The notes: generated by a model from the sequence alone, not told the origin. A stretch of 64,000 nucleotides of DNA from an uncultured Candidatus Saccharibacteria bacterium (GCA_964585475.1 CAZPDF010000006.1:8531-72530), one strand, 5' to 3'. Positions 30,240 through 39,624 are shown, counted from the first letter of the stretch. Numbers and translations: made by a program.

Positions 30240-31124
30240 TTGAAAATAAAATATCACTTCATGGAGCCGGGTGAAGACATTGCGCTGATACGGCTTTCCA
30301 AAAGCGGAGAACGAAAACCACAGACGATTCATATAGTAAGCACAATCCGAAAAAAAGATTTCATCGATCTTATCCAACGCTTTGAACCTAAGGTAGCATT
30401 GCTTGACTACGATGGAACATTTACCCGCATCGGGCGTATCTATTCCCATACGGGAAAGGGAGAAACCTACCAGACCGGATGGCAGGAGCTTAGAAAACGA
30501 CTCCCACCGGAGGGACACCGTGCGCTGGATAGGCACTACTCCCTTTATAAACGTGGAGATATCACTCCCCTGGAATGGCTCTATATAAGCATTGCCTGCT
30601 ACCAGCACCACGGACTAACCCTCAATGATATCATTGAAACCGCGGGGCGGGTGCCCTTCCGTGAAGGATATGAAAAATTCATTTCGCTCCTCAAATTATA
30701 TTTCGAGAAGCAATGCATTTTGAGTTTCGGTCTACAAGAGTGGATTGATAATCGCCCCGAGTTTACGACGTTCCCCCATGAAACCATTGCCTCAAATGTA
30801 CTAGTAGATAAAGAGGGCCGCATCAATGGGGTAAGGGCCGGCATCACGGAAGAAACAAAAGGAATTGCCGCGCAGGCCATTCTCGAAAAAACCGGCTGGT
30901 CGAAAATGAGTGCCATGGCCATCGGAAACTCGTGGCACGACCGCCATCTTTTCTCTTCCGCAGGAATTTCAGTCTATCTCTCGCACGGGGGATATAAAGG
31001 ATCGGGGATCGATCACTCGGCAGAAATAGAACGCCTTAAAGGAATTGCAACCATTATTATATTTGATGACACTCTTTGTGGAGTAAACGATCTTATTGAG
31101 AAAATCGTTACCAAATCATTTTGA
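30240..31124 (+). CDS. HAD-superfamily phosphatase
   Basis: DYDGT motif I; K motif III; GNSWHD motif IV. Confidence 0.8.
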   Translation: MKIKYHFMEPGEDIALIRLSKSGERKPQTIHIVSTIRKKDFIDLIQRFEPKVALLDYDGTFTRIGRIYSHTGKGETYQTGWQELRKRLPPEGHRALDRHYSLYKRGDITPLEWLYISIACYQHHGLTLNDIIETAGRVPFREGYEKFISLLKLYFEKQCILSFGLQEWIDNRPEFTTFPHETIASNVLVDKEGRINGVRAGITEETKGIAAQAILEKTGWSKMSAMAIGNSWHDRHLFSSAGISVYLSHGGYKGSGIDHSAEIERLKGIATIIIFDDTLCGVNDLIEKIVTKSF

Positions 31125-31231
31125 GCCGCCCCGGAAGCGGCTTTTTAGTCATTACGAAAAAGGTCCAGATCAATATCCGTGTTAATCCAACCAGCTTGAT
31201 CTTAAGCTAATTTAGAACTATAAGTAGTTAA

Positions 31232-31303
31232 GGGCGACTAGTTCAGTGGTAGAACGTTCGCTTCACATGCGAAAGGTCGTTGGTTCGATCCCAACGTCGC
31301 CCA
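31232..31303 (+). tRNA. tRNA-Val(CAC)
   Basis: GGGCGAC/GTCGCCC acceptor; TTCGC-TTCACAT-GCGAA. Confidence 0.95.
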
Positions 31304-31332
31304 AAATGTTTATCCTAATAGTCATTTAATTC

Positions 31333-31779
31333 ATGAAACAAATTCCTAAAAAAGAGATTACAAGAAGCGTTCTTGCGTACCTCGGCAAAAATCGCTTAAT
31401 GACTCTTGGTACCTCAATGAATAATAAACCATGGGCAGCTACAGTTTTTTACGCTTTTGATAAGAAAGCCAATCTTATTTTCTACTCACGCCCTGGTACA
31501 AAACACTGCCGACATATAAAGCAAAATCCTTACGTTTCTATGGTTATCAACCATAACTGGCGAAATACTGATGGTACTATCAAGGGACTTCAGATAACCG
31601 GCCGCGCGTCAAAGGTTTTACAAAGAGATTATCGTCGAATCTATGCGCTTTATAAAAAACGTTTTAAGTGGGCCGACGAATTTGCGCCTGATCATGTCCT
31701 TTATCTTATAAAACCAAAAGAGATCTGGTATATCGATCAGAAGCTATTTGGCCACTTTAATAGGGTACGCGCGATTTAA
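31333..31779 (+). CDS. Pyridoxamine 5'-phosphate oxidase-like FMN-binding protein
   Basis: MTLGT..NKPWAATVFY, TKH..HI..NP.V, GLQITG. Confidence 0.85.
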   Translation: MKQIPKKEITRSVLAYLGKNRLMTLGTSMNNKPWAATVFYAFDKKANLIFYSRPGTKHCRHIKQNPYVSMVINHNWRNTDGTIKGLQITGRASKVLQRDYRRIYALYKKRFKWADEFAPDHVLYLIKPKEIWYIDQKLFGHFNRVRAI

Positions 31780-31834
31780 GACTTTCTGTCCAATAGAATT
31801 TAAAAGGACATATCGGACAAACCAAGTAATTCTA

Positions 31835-32287
31835 TCAGACTGTTTGACGTGGAACACTTGGTTTAGCTCTATAAATGAGACTATCTAGGTAAGGAAATTT
31901 TTTTAGCCACCAATCAAATTGAGTTCCTTTGTGCCCAAGAAGTTTATATCTACACATCTTCACAATCTTATTTTTTAGAGTGGGAATATCGCGGATTATT
32001 AACATTGCAAAATGTCTTCCTTGGTGGGTATACTCATATACCCAGTTATGAACTACTAAATAGTCTCTAATTGCTTCAATTAGCTCTTTATCCCGCACGT
32101 GCATTTTTAGAACAAAGGATGGAATCTTTTCTCCTGTACGGTAAGTATCTGCACCGAAATGTCCCTCTCCTTCAATCAAACCGAGTATGTAATCATCAGT
32201 TAACCTTTCCCTAATTTCATCCCTTGAGTAGTATGTTTCCTCCATTATTCCATCATAAAACTTGCCTTTATTTCTGCCCCTAGACAT
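31835..32287 (-). CDS. Single-motif LAGLIDADG endonuclease, free-standing
   Basis: YILGLIEGEGHF motif; RDKELIEAIRDYL. Confidence 0.75.
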   Translation of the reverse strand: MSRGRNKGKFYDGIMEETYYSRDEIRERLTDDYILGLIEGEGHFGADTYRTGEKIPSFVLKMHVRDKELIEAIRDYLVVHNWVYEYTHQGRHFAMLIIRDIPTLKNKIVKMCRYKLLGHKGTQFDWWLKKFPYLDSLIYRAKPSVPRQTV

Positions 32288-32373
32288 ATTTGTTCTACAT
32301 GAAACAGAGTGGATGTTACACTTACTGTTAAATATAACATTTTCACGGACCTATAAAAGGATAGATATCCACC

Positions 32374-32763
32374 ATGCCTTCTCAAAAAAGAAAATTTGGT
32401 GATATTGGGGAGAAATATGCAGAAGAGTTTTTAATCAAAAAAGATTATAGAATTCTGGAAAAGAACTATAGGATCAAAAATTTAGGGGAAATCGATATCG
32501 TTGCAGAAAAAAACGATAAGCTAATATTCTTTGAGGTCAAAACTAGAGATATAAAACATGAAACAGCGTTCCCAATCGGCTTTAGTATTAACGAGCGGAA
32601 GAGAAGAAATTTAGCACGGATATGTCAGCTTTATCTCACAGAGAAGCGCATTCCGTTTCAACGTAAATGGCAGGTAGACGCCATTTTCTTACTGGTTGAT
32701 TCTACTAATGGATCTAGCTCTATTGAGCACCTTGAGAATATTCTTTGGGAGCGATATTATTGA
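32374..32763 (+). CDS. yraN: YraN family endonuclease (UPF0102)
   Basis: GDIGE..A..FL...YRILEKNYR...GEIDIVA...FFEVKTR. Confidence 0.92.
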   Translation: MPSQKRKFGDIGEKYAEEFLIKKDYRILEKNYRIKNLGEIDIVAEKNDKLIFFEVKTRDIKHETAFPIGFSINERKRRNLARICQLYLTEKRIPFQRKWQVDAIFLLVDSTNGSSSIEHLENILWERYY

Positions 32764-33066
32764 CCCCGCACCTTTTGTGCGCTAGTTAATGGATATGCAC
32801 TACGTCTATATTCTTAAAAGTATATCGGCATCCATTCTGTACATAGGCCGTACCGACAATCTTGAAAGAAGAATGAGAGAGCATAACTCTGGGGGTACTC
32901 GCACCACGAGAAAATATATACCTTGGGTTATGGTATACTGCGAAGGCTATTTTGATATTGAAGACGCCAGGTCAAGGGAAAGAAGTTTGAAGCAGTTCGG
33001 AAGGGTGTATTCTCAACTTAAACGCCGTATTGCAAAAAGCCTTCTTAGCGCACAAAAGGTGCGGGG
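32764..33066. mobile_element. TIR-bounded element carrying a GIY-YIG gene, with a TTGA target duplication
   Basis: Perfect 21-bp IR CCCCGCACCTTTTGTGCGCTA/TAGCGCACAAAAGGTGCGGGG; TTGA at 32760-32763 and 33067-33070. Confidence 0.8.
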
Positions 33067-33070
33067 TTGA
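32789..33070 (+). CDS. GIY-YIG nuclease
   Basis: YVYILKS...YIGRT.NLERR..EHNSG; ARSRE..LK. Confidence 0.92.
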   Translation: MDMHYVYILKSISASILYIGRTDNLERRMREHNSGGTRTTRKYIPWVMVYCEGYFDIEDARSRERSLKQFGRVYSQLKRRIAKSLLSAQKVRG

Positions 33071-33103
33071 AGTGTTCGACGTTTTACGTTTCATGGTGTT
33101 TCA

Positions 33104-33423
33104 CGGGCCGTAGTATACCGGTCCCTAGGCCCTTTGGGCCGGGATCCCGGCGGCGAAGCCGCCTAGGGATAGTACGCCTGTTTCTTGCCAGCTTAAATTT
33201 TTACCGGGGAGTAGTATACCGGCAGTACACATGCTTTGGGAGCATGAAGACCGGGTTCGATTCCCGGCTCCCCGAATTTTTAAATTTTGGCGGGTGAAGG
33301 AGCGCGGAGAACGGATTTAATTCTCCCGATTTTCTCTGCAACGTTGTTGCGGTTAGAAAATCGAGGATCCTCGATATCGTTTCAAAATCATAGATTTTGA
33401 CGATATCGGGACCAGCGGCCCGA
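33104..33423 (+). pseudogene. Interrupted tRNA-Pro shell with inserts in the D-, anticodon and T-loops; contains the intact tRNA-Pro
   Basis: CGGGCCG at 33104 pairs perfectly with CGGCCCG-A at 33416-33423; TAGTATACCGG..AGTAC D-arm as in the inner tRNA. Confidence 0.72.
33205..33275 (+). tRNA. tRNA-Pro(TGG)
   Basis: CGGGGAG/CTCCCCG acceptor; CATGC-TTTGGGA-GCATG. Confidence 0.94.
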
Positions 33424-33428
33424 TTCTT

Positions 33429-33749
33429 ATGTCAAAGCAACAAGAATCATTAGGCGGCCAGGAGGAAGAATTGCATTACGAAATAATGGAAAACGGGGAT
33501 GTTATAGAAATTTCTGGAGGCGAAACCAGACTGCTTAAAATTGGGGCCCAAATCTATCAAAGACTTGGCGGTGAGGACTGGAAAGAGGATGAGGCAAGAA
33601 ATTTATTATCGCAAGGAACGGAGTTACGGCCACGGAGTATGGCAATTTCAGTCAATCGTGGCAAGTTATATGTTGACACAAGAAACTTCAGGGGAAATAT
33701 AGAACGCAAGAAGATGATATTGGAGACCGTAAAGAGCCTTCTTGAATAA
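33429..33749 (+). CDS. Hypothetical protein
   Basis: 106-aa ORF, no recognisable motif. Confidence 0.55.
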   Translation: MSKQQESLGGQEEELHYEIMENGDVIEISGGETRLLKIGAQIYQRLGGEDWKEDEARNLLSQGTELRPRSMAISVNRGKLYVDTRNFRGNIERKKMILETVKSLLE

Positions 33750-33790
33750 ACTCGGGTTTTTATCGAAAAATGCCCAAAATTGTAGAATGT

Positions 33791-33860
33791 GCTGATATCG
33801 TTAGTGGCAATATCTTAGGTTTCCAGCTAAAAGCCGCGAGTTCGACTCTCAGCGGCCCGA
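33791..33860 (+). pseudogene. Degenerate tRNA-Gly(TCC)-like sequence ending in a tRNA-Pro-type 3' end
   Basis: GCTGATA start, TTCCA anticodon loop, GAG-TTCGACT-CTC T-arm, then AGCGGCCCGA; acceptor strands do not pair. Confidence 0.55.
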
Positions 33861-33899
33861 CATTATGAAAAATCCGCCACTTGTTGAATGGCGGACGCG

Positions 33900-34550
33900 T
33901 TAATGTGAGTGACGAGAAAGGCCCTTGATTGTCTGCGTGAAAAGAATGTATATGCCAATCGATAGCATCCAGAGCCCAATGGCGAATGAGATCAATGCGT
34001 CAATGTTTGGCCAGTGATATAGATAGATTATCGGAACTCCTACGAAAACGATAAGAAGCGACCCGATAAAATCAGACCAGAGTTCAAGCCATCTATAAAG
34101 ACGCGTCTGGTTCCTAACTTCAATTCCACGGCAAATCCATAGCTGCCAACCATTTCCCGCAAGTCCTAAAAACCCGCCAACCAGCATGTGTCTTAAGTTG
34201 ATGCTCTCCGGAGTGATAAGCCTATCCCATGCTTCGTAAAATATGAAGCAGGCAGCGATAACTATTATGACAAAGGACCAAATGCCGTATCTGGATCGAA
34301 CCACCTCCTCGCTTTGGGTATGTCGTCTTGACACCGCAATTTCAGTAAAAACCATCAAAAGGTATCCGGCGCCATGAACGGATGAATGCATTGCGTCGCT
34401 TAACACCGCAACGCTATTCGCCCACCAAGAAAAAAGTAATTGCAAAGCCCCGGTTCCCAGAGCAATCAGGAAAAGCTTTAAATTGCGCTCAATCTCGCAA
34501 ACACAGTTCGGGGGGCCGGTACAGTGCCGAACGCAGTGCTCTCGTGCCAC
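33900..34550 (-). CDS. Cation diffusion facilitator (CzcD-like TM domain)
   Basis: SVAVLSDAMH, FYEAWDRL..P, SDFIGS, IDALIS. Confidence 0.82.
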   Translation of the reverse strand: MAREHCVRHCTGPPNCVCEIERNLKLFLIALGTGALQLLFSWWANSVAVLSDAMHSSVHGAGYLLMVFTEIAVSRRHTQSEEVVRSRYGIWSFVIIVIAACFIFYEAWDRLITPESINLRHMLVGGFLGLAGNGWQLWICRGIEVRNQTRLYRWLELWSDFIGSLLIVFVGVPIIYLYHWPNIDALISFAIGLWMLSIGIYILFTQTIKGLSRHSH

Positions 34551-34615
34551 TTTTTAACCCATTTTCGCGAGCTTTCTATATTCTAAAACAAATTATAAAA
34601 AAAGCAACCTCTTGA

Positions 34616-34758
34616 CCCCGCACCTTTTGTGTACTGTATTATACCCATCACCTCATCAGTGTGCCGCATTCTGCGATTAACTCGGTAAAGAAGCAGTGCC
34701 GAATAGGTAGTAAAAATTTGGTGCTCGCGAGGTGGTCTGGTACACAAAAGGTGCGGGG
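34616..34758. mobile_element. Non-coding copy of the CCCCGCACC TIR element with a TTGA duplication
   Basis: ccccgcaccttttgtgtac/gtacacaaaaggtgcgggg; TTGA at 34612-34615 and 34759-34762. Confidence 0.8.
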
Positions 34759-34787
34759 TTGACAACCCACGGGCTTTTTGCTACTGT
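34759..34787 (+). promoter_or_regulatory. Probable promoter of the arc operon
   Basis: TTGACA-17nt-TACTGT with extended TG. Confidence 0.6.
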
Positions 34788-34937
34788 TGAGAAAACTTCT
34801 GGAAAGAGAAGGGCAACCGAGCACTCAATGGGTTGAGTGCTCGGCCAGTCTACTCCTAGGAAGAGTGTTTTTTAGCTCTTTCAAATAGTAGATTGGTAGC
34901 CCTTTTTTCTTTCCTCAAAATCACGGAGGAGAGTGGC

Positions 34938-36740
34938 ATGGCAGAGAAAGGTAAAGATGACTCTAGGGGACTCTCCAAGTTTCTTCCGATGACCGACGCG
35001 ACCTATCGGCGTCGTCTTACCGAGTACGAAGTTCAGGTTCAGGACCTTCAGACTTATATCAGATCTCTTGAAGTCGAAACCGTACACCTGCGAAAAAAGC
35101 TCGAAGAAGCTCCTAAGGAGTTTCTGGTGCTTGAGAATAAACTTCGCGAAGCGAACCGGCAACTAATACAGGCCTTTAACCAGAACGAGAAGCTGGTCAA
35201 CGCCCTCTACGAGTCCCGCGAGCAGATCCAGTCGCTCAAAGAAGAAGTGGACAAGCTTTGCGCTCCGCCTTCCACCTACGGCGTGTATCTGTCAGTCAAC
35301 GAGGACGGAACCGTAAACATTCTTGCTCAAGGACGAAAGGTAAAAGTAAACCTTCATCCTTCGATCAAGCCGGAGTCGCTGAAGCCCGGGCAGGAGCTCA
35401 TCCTGAACGAGGGCCTGAACGTCGTCGAGGCGGCGGGCTACGAGATCCAGGGCGACGTCGTCGTGCTGAAGGAGGTGCTGGACTCCGAGCGGGCGGTGGT
35501 CACCCTGCGGGCGGACGAGGACAAGGTGGGGATCATCGCCGACCCGCTGCGACCGCTGAAGCTGAAGGTCGGCGACCACATCCTGATGGACTCCAAGTCC
35601 GGCTACCTGCTCGAGAAGCTCCCCAAGAGCGAGGTCGAGGACCTGACGCTCGAAGAGGTGCCCGACATCTCCTACGAAGACATCGGCGGGCTCACGACCC
35701 AGATCGAGGCGATCCGCGACGCCGTGGAGCTCCCCTACCTCTACGCCGACTACTACAGGGAGCACAAGCTCACCCCGCCCAAGGGCGTCCTGCTCTACGG
35801 GCCGCCCGGCTGCGGCAAGACCATGATCGCCAAGGCGGTGGCCAACAATCTGGCGGAGAAGATCTCCGAGCAGCGCGGCGAGAAGATCAAGGGATACTTC
35901 CTGAACATCAAGGGGCCGGAGCTGCTGAACAAGTATGTGGGCGAGACCGAACGGAAGATCCGCGAGATTTTCATGAAGGCCAAGGAGAAGGCCGCCGAGG
36001 ACGTGCCGGTCATCGTGTTCTTCGACGAGATGGACGCCCTCTTCCGCACGCGGGGCTCCGGCATCTCCTCCGACGTGGAGACGACCATCGTGCCCCAGCT
36101 CCTGGCGGAGATCGACGGCGTCGAGGGTCTGAAGAACGTCATCGTGATCGGGGCCTCCAACCGGCAGGACTTGATTGATCCTGCAATTCTTCGTCCCGGG
36201 CGTCTGGATATTAAGATCAAGATTTTGCGGCCGGATAAAGATGCGGCAGTCGATATCTTCGACAAATACCTCACGATCGAAGTCCCTCTTCATGACTCGG
36301 AGATGCGGCAGGACGGCGGTGAGAGAGTTGATACTCTCAAGCGCCTCATCGCCTCGACCGTTGAGGAGATGTATGCGCTTACTGAAGAAAACAGGTTCCT
36401 CGAGGTAACGTATGCCAACGGCGATAAGGAAGTTCTTTACTTCAAGGATTTCTCCTCCGGCGCCATGATTGAATCAATCGTGCGTCGTGCCAAGAAACTC
36501 GCGCTCAAGCGCTACATCCAGACGAGCCAGAAGGGCATCGTGCTTGACGATCTACTGGCTGCAGTTCGCGAAGAATTCAAGGAGAACGAAGATCTTCCGA
36601 ATACGACCAACCCGGACGACTGGGCTAAGATCGCCGGCAAGAAGGGCGAGCGGATTGTATACGTGAAGCCCTTGATGGGAGAACCGAAAGACAAGCAGCG
36701 GACCGTGGAACAGGTGATCACTACCGGACAGTACCTGTAG
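34938..36740 (+). CDS. arc: Proteasome-associated AAA ATPase ARC/Mpa
   Basis: N-terminal coiled coil, OB domains, [38 protein letters not shown]-terminal GQYL (HbYX). Confidence 0.96.
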   Translation: MAEKGKDDSRGLSKFLPMTDATYRRRLTEYEVQVQDLQTYIRSLEVETVHLRKKLEEAPKEFLVLENKLREANRQLIQAFNQNEKLVNALYESREQIQSLKEEVDKLCAPPSTYGVYLSVNEDGTVNILAQGRKVKVNLHPSIKPESLKPGQELILNEGLNVVEAAGYEIQGDVVVLKEVLDSERAVVTLRADEDKVGIIADPLRPLKLKVGDHILMDSKSGYLLEKLPKSEVEDLTLEEVPDISYEDIGGLTTQIEAIRDAVELPYLYADYYREHKLTPPKGVLLYGPPGCGKTMIAKAVANNLAEKISEQRGEKIKGYFLNIKGPELLNKYVGETERKIREIFMKAKEKAAEDVPVIVFFDEMDALFRTRGSGISSDVETTIVPQLLAEIDGVEGLKNVIVIGASNRQDLIDPAILRPGRLDIKIKILRPDKDAAVDIFDKYLTIEVPLHDSEMRQDGGERVDTLKRLIASTVEEMYALTEENRFLEVTYANGDKEVLYFKDFSSGAMIESIVRRAKKLALKRYIQTSQKGIVLDDLLAAVREEFKENEDLPNTTNPDDWAKIAGKKGERIVYVKPLMGEPKDKQRTVEQVITTGQYL

Positions 36741-36957
36741 TCCTTCTGACAACTACTCCGTCACCCTGAACAAAGTGAAGGGTCTCAAAACAACCAAGAG
36801 ATCCTTCGGCTAGCGCCTCAGGATGACCACCATAAAAAATTACAAGTTGCTCCGGCTCTGCCCGGAGTTTTTTATTTGCTAAATAGGCAAGCTTGCGCTA
36901 CGCTTGCTCCAAGAATATGTTCTTCACAAATTCAATAATTTGAAGGGAGGTGGGAAT

Positions 36958-38988
36958 ATGGCGATTCCGAAGCTTATCGGAACCGAAACTGAAGCTACGC
37001 TTTCGGTAAAAGACCGGCGCTCATCCGCCGAGTTTCAGGGAAATGTGTATGAGGTGGTGAGTCTTCTTTGGACATTCGCAAGTAACAATCGGGTAAGCCC
37101 GATTGGCGGCAGGAGGGAGTTTGAGAACATTGCCGCGTTGGAGAATGAGATTAAGAATGTCTATGGATACACCGCCAGGCGTCTGGTGACGATTGAGGAA
37201 ATCAAAGAGGCCATCCGGCGTCTCGGCTCAAAAGTTTTCTTCAGTCCCATTGAGGGGCTAGTGCTAGAAAACGGGGCCCGAGCATATATGGAGCCGGCTG
37301 GGGCGGATCCGGAATGGAGCACTCCGGTGTGTCTCCTGCCCAGTGAAGTTCTCATGCAGGAGCGGATGCTTGAATGCGCTTTTGCCAAATCCGCCAGACA
37401 ACTTTCGGATGACAAACAGGAGATTCGTCTTTACAAGAACGCGAGCGACGGGCAAGGCCATTCGCATGGACTTCATTCCTCGTTTTTCATCTCTCGCGAA
37501 TTCAGAGAGCGGCTTTTTTTGCGATCGCGCGATGCATGGAGTCAAGATCGTTCCATAAACTACTGGGGTCGCACCATGCAGGACTTGATATCTTTTGATG
37601 TCTTAATGTGGCTGATAAAAGGGGCGGGCAAGGTGGGCAGTGAAGATGTGTGGGCTCCGGCAACTTATCAAATTTCCCAGCGGTCCGATCATATCCGCGG
37701 AGGATTGGTCGGCGGAAATACCACCGGAGACCGACCTCTTATCAATAGCCGCGACGAGGCCTTGTCCGATTTCGAGCGTTTTTCGCGGCTTCATGATATT
37801 CATAACGACGGCAATCGCTCGCTGACTGCTATAAGTTTGAAACTCGGCGTGAAACAAGTATTCCTTTCCATGCTTGAGGACGATATGTGTTTTCTTGACT
37901 GGCATCTGGCCGAGCCGATCGTGGCCCTGATACAAATTTCCCGAGATCTTTCGCTGTCAAGACCCGTCAAGGTGTATGTGAGAAGTGAGAAACGAACTGA
38001 TGAGCGTCTGCCCGAAGATCTTCTTTGGGATATCGCCGGGAAAATGGAGCAATACGCCAAAGTAACCCCGCTTCATACGGAGCACCTGAATCTTATCGAA
38101 GAGTTTAAACAGGTGATCTCGCTCCTTAGAAAAAAATCTCCTAATTTAAGCAAGATTCTCGACTGGGCGATTAAGAGAAAATATATTCGCGCGAAAATGA
38201 AGAAGTGGGGTTTAAACCCCGATAATCGGAAACACTGGGCTGATCCCAGAGTGCGGCAGGTGGATATTAAGTATGGCGACCTAACTAATGAAACCAAGGG
38301 CTGGGAATCTATTGCTGAATATTGCGAAGTTAAGGATGCGGAGAAATATTTTGCCGTGAATATTCCCGATATCTTAACTCCACCGACCAGCACTGCTCAT
38401 TTCCTGCGCGGGTTTCTCGTGCACCATCCCCATCTTAGGCAGTGGGTTGAGTTTAAGGATTGGCATAGGTTCGCCGTAGCCATCCCCGGCCGTTCGCGAT
38501 GGATTATCTCGATTCCTGACCCAAGATTGTTTCATCAGGATCATCTTTTCTCACTGCGTCAGGGTCTGGGAATGCTGGATACTCCGGAGCAAGCCGAAAT
38601 CTTTTTTGAAAGAATCGCGAGTCAGGCCAGAAAAACAACTCCGCCGAACTTCTGCGCGCCGATTATCATAACTCCTGGCGAGCAAAAAGCGCTACCGCCT
38701 GCTCGTCCAACCGAAGTGCCGGTCAAAAAAACAGCAGAATCATGCTTACAGCTTGAATTCCGCCTCTACCATTTGGAAACGGCAGCGGATCCTTTGCTCT
38801 TTCGCTTGGTCCCTCAAGCGTGCGAAGAGCGGCCTCGAGAAATGCCGCACGAGCCGGAGGATCTCTATGAGCGATCACTGGGGATTCTAGAGGAAGTCCA
38901 TCCGGTTGAGGAAAAGATGGGCATTGACGACCCGAAGCCCTGTGGTATGCTACCTTCAGTACTTGAGAGCGAGGAGTATCATGGCTGA
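36958..38988 (+). CDS. dop: Dop-like (depupylase/deamidase) Pup-ligase family protein, divergent, with C-terminal extension
   Basis: IGTETE, LENGARAY, LYKN.SDG.G.S.G.H, GAGKVG, QISQRSD, RPLINSRDE; lies between arc and the tag gene. Confidence 0.8.
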   Translation: MAIPKLIGTETEATLSVKDRRSSAEFQGNVYEVVSLLWTFASNNRVSPIGGRREFENIAALENEIKNVYGYTARRLVTIEEIKEAIRRLGSKVFFSPIEGLVLENGARAYMEPAGADPEWSTPVCLLPSEVLMQERMLECAFAKSARQLSDDKQEIRLYKNASDGQGHSHGLHSSFFISREFRERLFLRSRDAWSQDRSINYWGRTMQDLISFDVLMWLIKGAGKVGSEDVWAPATYQISQRSDHIRGGLVGGNTTGDRPLINSRDEALSDFERFSRLHDIHNDGNRSLTAISLKLGVKQVFLSMLEDDMCFLDWHLAEPIVALIQISRDLSLSRPVKVYVRSEKRTDERLPEDLLWDIAGKMEQYAKVTPLHTEHLNLIEEFKQVISLLRKKSPNLSKILDWAIKRKYIRAKMKKWGLNPDNRKHWADPRVRQVDIKYGDLTNETKGWESIAEYCEVKDAEKYFAVNIPDILTPPTSTAHFLRGFLVHHPHLRQWVEFKDWHRFAVAIPGRSRWIISIPDPRLFHQDHLFSLRQGLGMLDTPEQAEIFFERIASQARKTTPPNFCAPIIITPGEQKALPPARPTEVPVKKTAESCLQLEFRLYHLETAADPLLFRLVPQACEERPREMPHEPEDLYERSLGILEEVHPVEEKMGIDDPKPCGMLPSVLESEEYHG

Positions 38989-39181
38989 AGTAGAGAAGCG
39001 AAAGACTGGGCATCCCAAGGGTACGCCCGAGGGCGAAGGTGGATCTGCAAACCCCAATGTTGCCAAGAAAGGGAAAAAGCTAAAGGAAGACATGGATAAA
39101 CTTCTGGACGAGATTGACGGTATTCTTGAAGAGAACGCCGAGGAGTTTGTAAAAAGCTATGTCCAGCGCGGAGGAGAATAG
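38981..39181 (+). CDS. ubact: UBact/Pup-like protein modifier (66 aa, C-terminal GGE)
   Basis: DKLLDEIDGILEENAEEFVKSYVQRGGE; RBS GAGGAG; overlaps the dop stop. Confidence 0.92.
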   Translation: MAEVEKRKTGHPKGTPEGEGGSANPNVAKKGKKLKEDMDKLLDEIDGILEENAEEFVKSYVQRGGE

Positions 39182-39289
39182 CATGCGAATAGCGCGACCC
39201 TCGCCATCGGGTTCGGGGTATACGAATGCGCCCATGCGAATACGGTGATAAGTATCGCCAAGGTTTTACGCCTTGGTTTTTTGATCCAC

Positions 39290-39411
39290 GCACCAGAAGA
39301 CCACGGGCTTGCCTGTGGAGGAATGGTGGTCTTCGGTGCGGGATTTCGCTCCACTGGCAAGCCTTCGGCTTGACCGTAAGCGAGGATACCACGGGCTTGC
39401 CCGTAGAGCTT
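39290..39411. mobile_element. IS200/IS605-like non-autonomous hairpin element (CCACGGGCTTGCCCGTGG)
   Basis: Reverse-complement copy at 46768-46891. Confidence 0.75.
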
Positions 39412-39624
39412 TATTTTCAAGCGAGCGAGTGAAAAACAAAGATCTTTGCTTTTCCGAGCGAGCGCCGAAAACAAAGGGTTTAATACCGTGATCTTTAGTG
39501 CTTGCGGTAGAACAAATTTAAGTCGTCCCGGCCCTCCGTGCCCGGGTTCAGTACCCTTTATTTTCCGGCCCCAACATGCCATATTTGATTTACGCTCTTT
39601 AAATAAACAGATTGGAGGTGAATT

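Noticed and set aside
35258-36293. Long alternative-frame ORFs (306 and 333 aa) over arc
   Set aside because: Shadow ORFs caused by the extreme GC3 block
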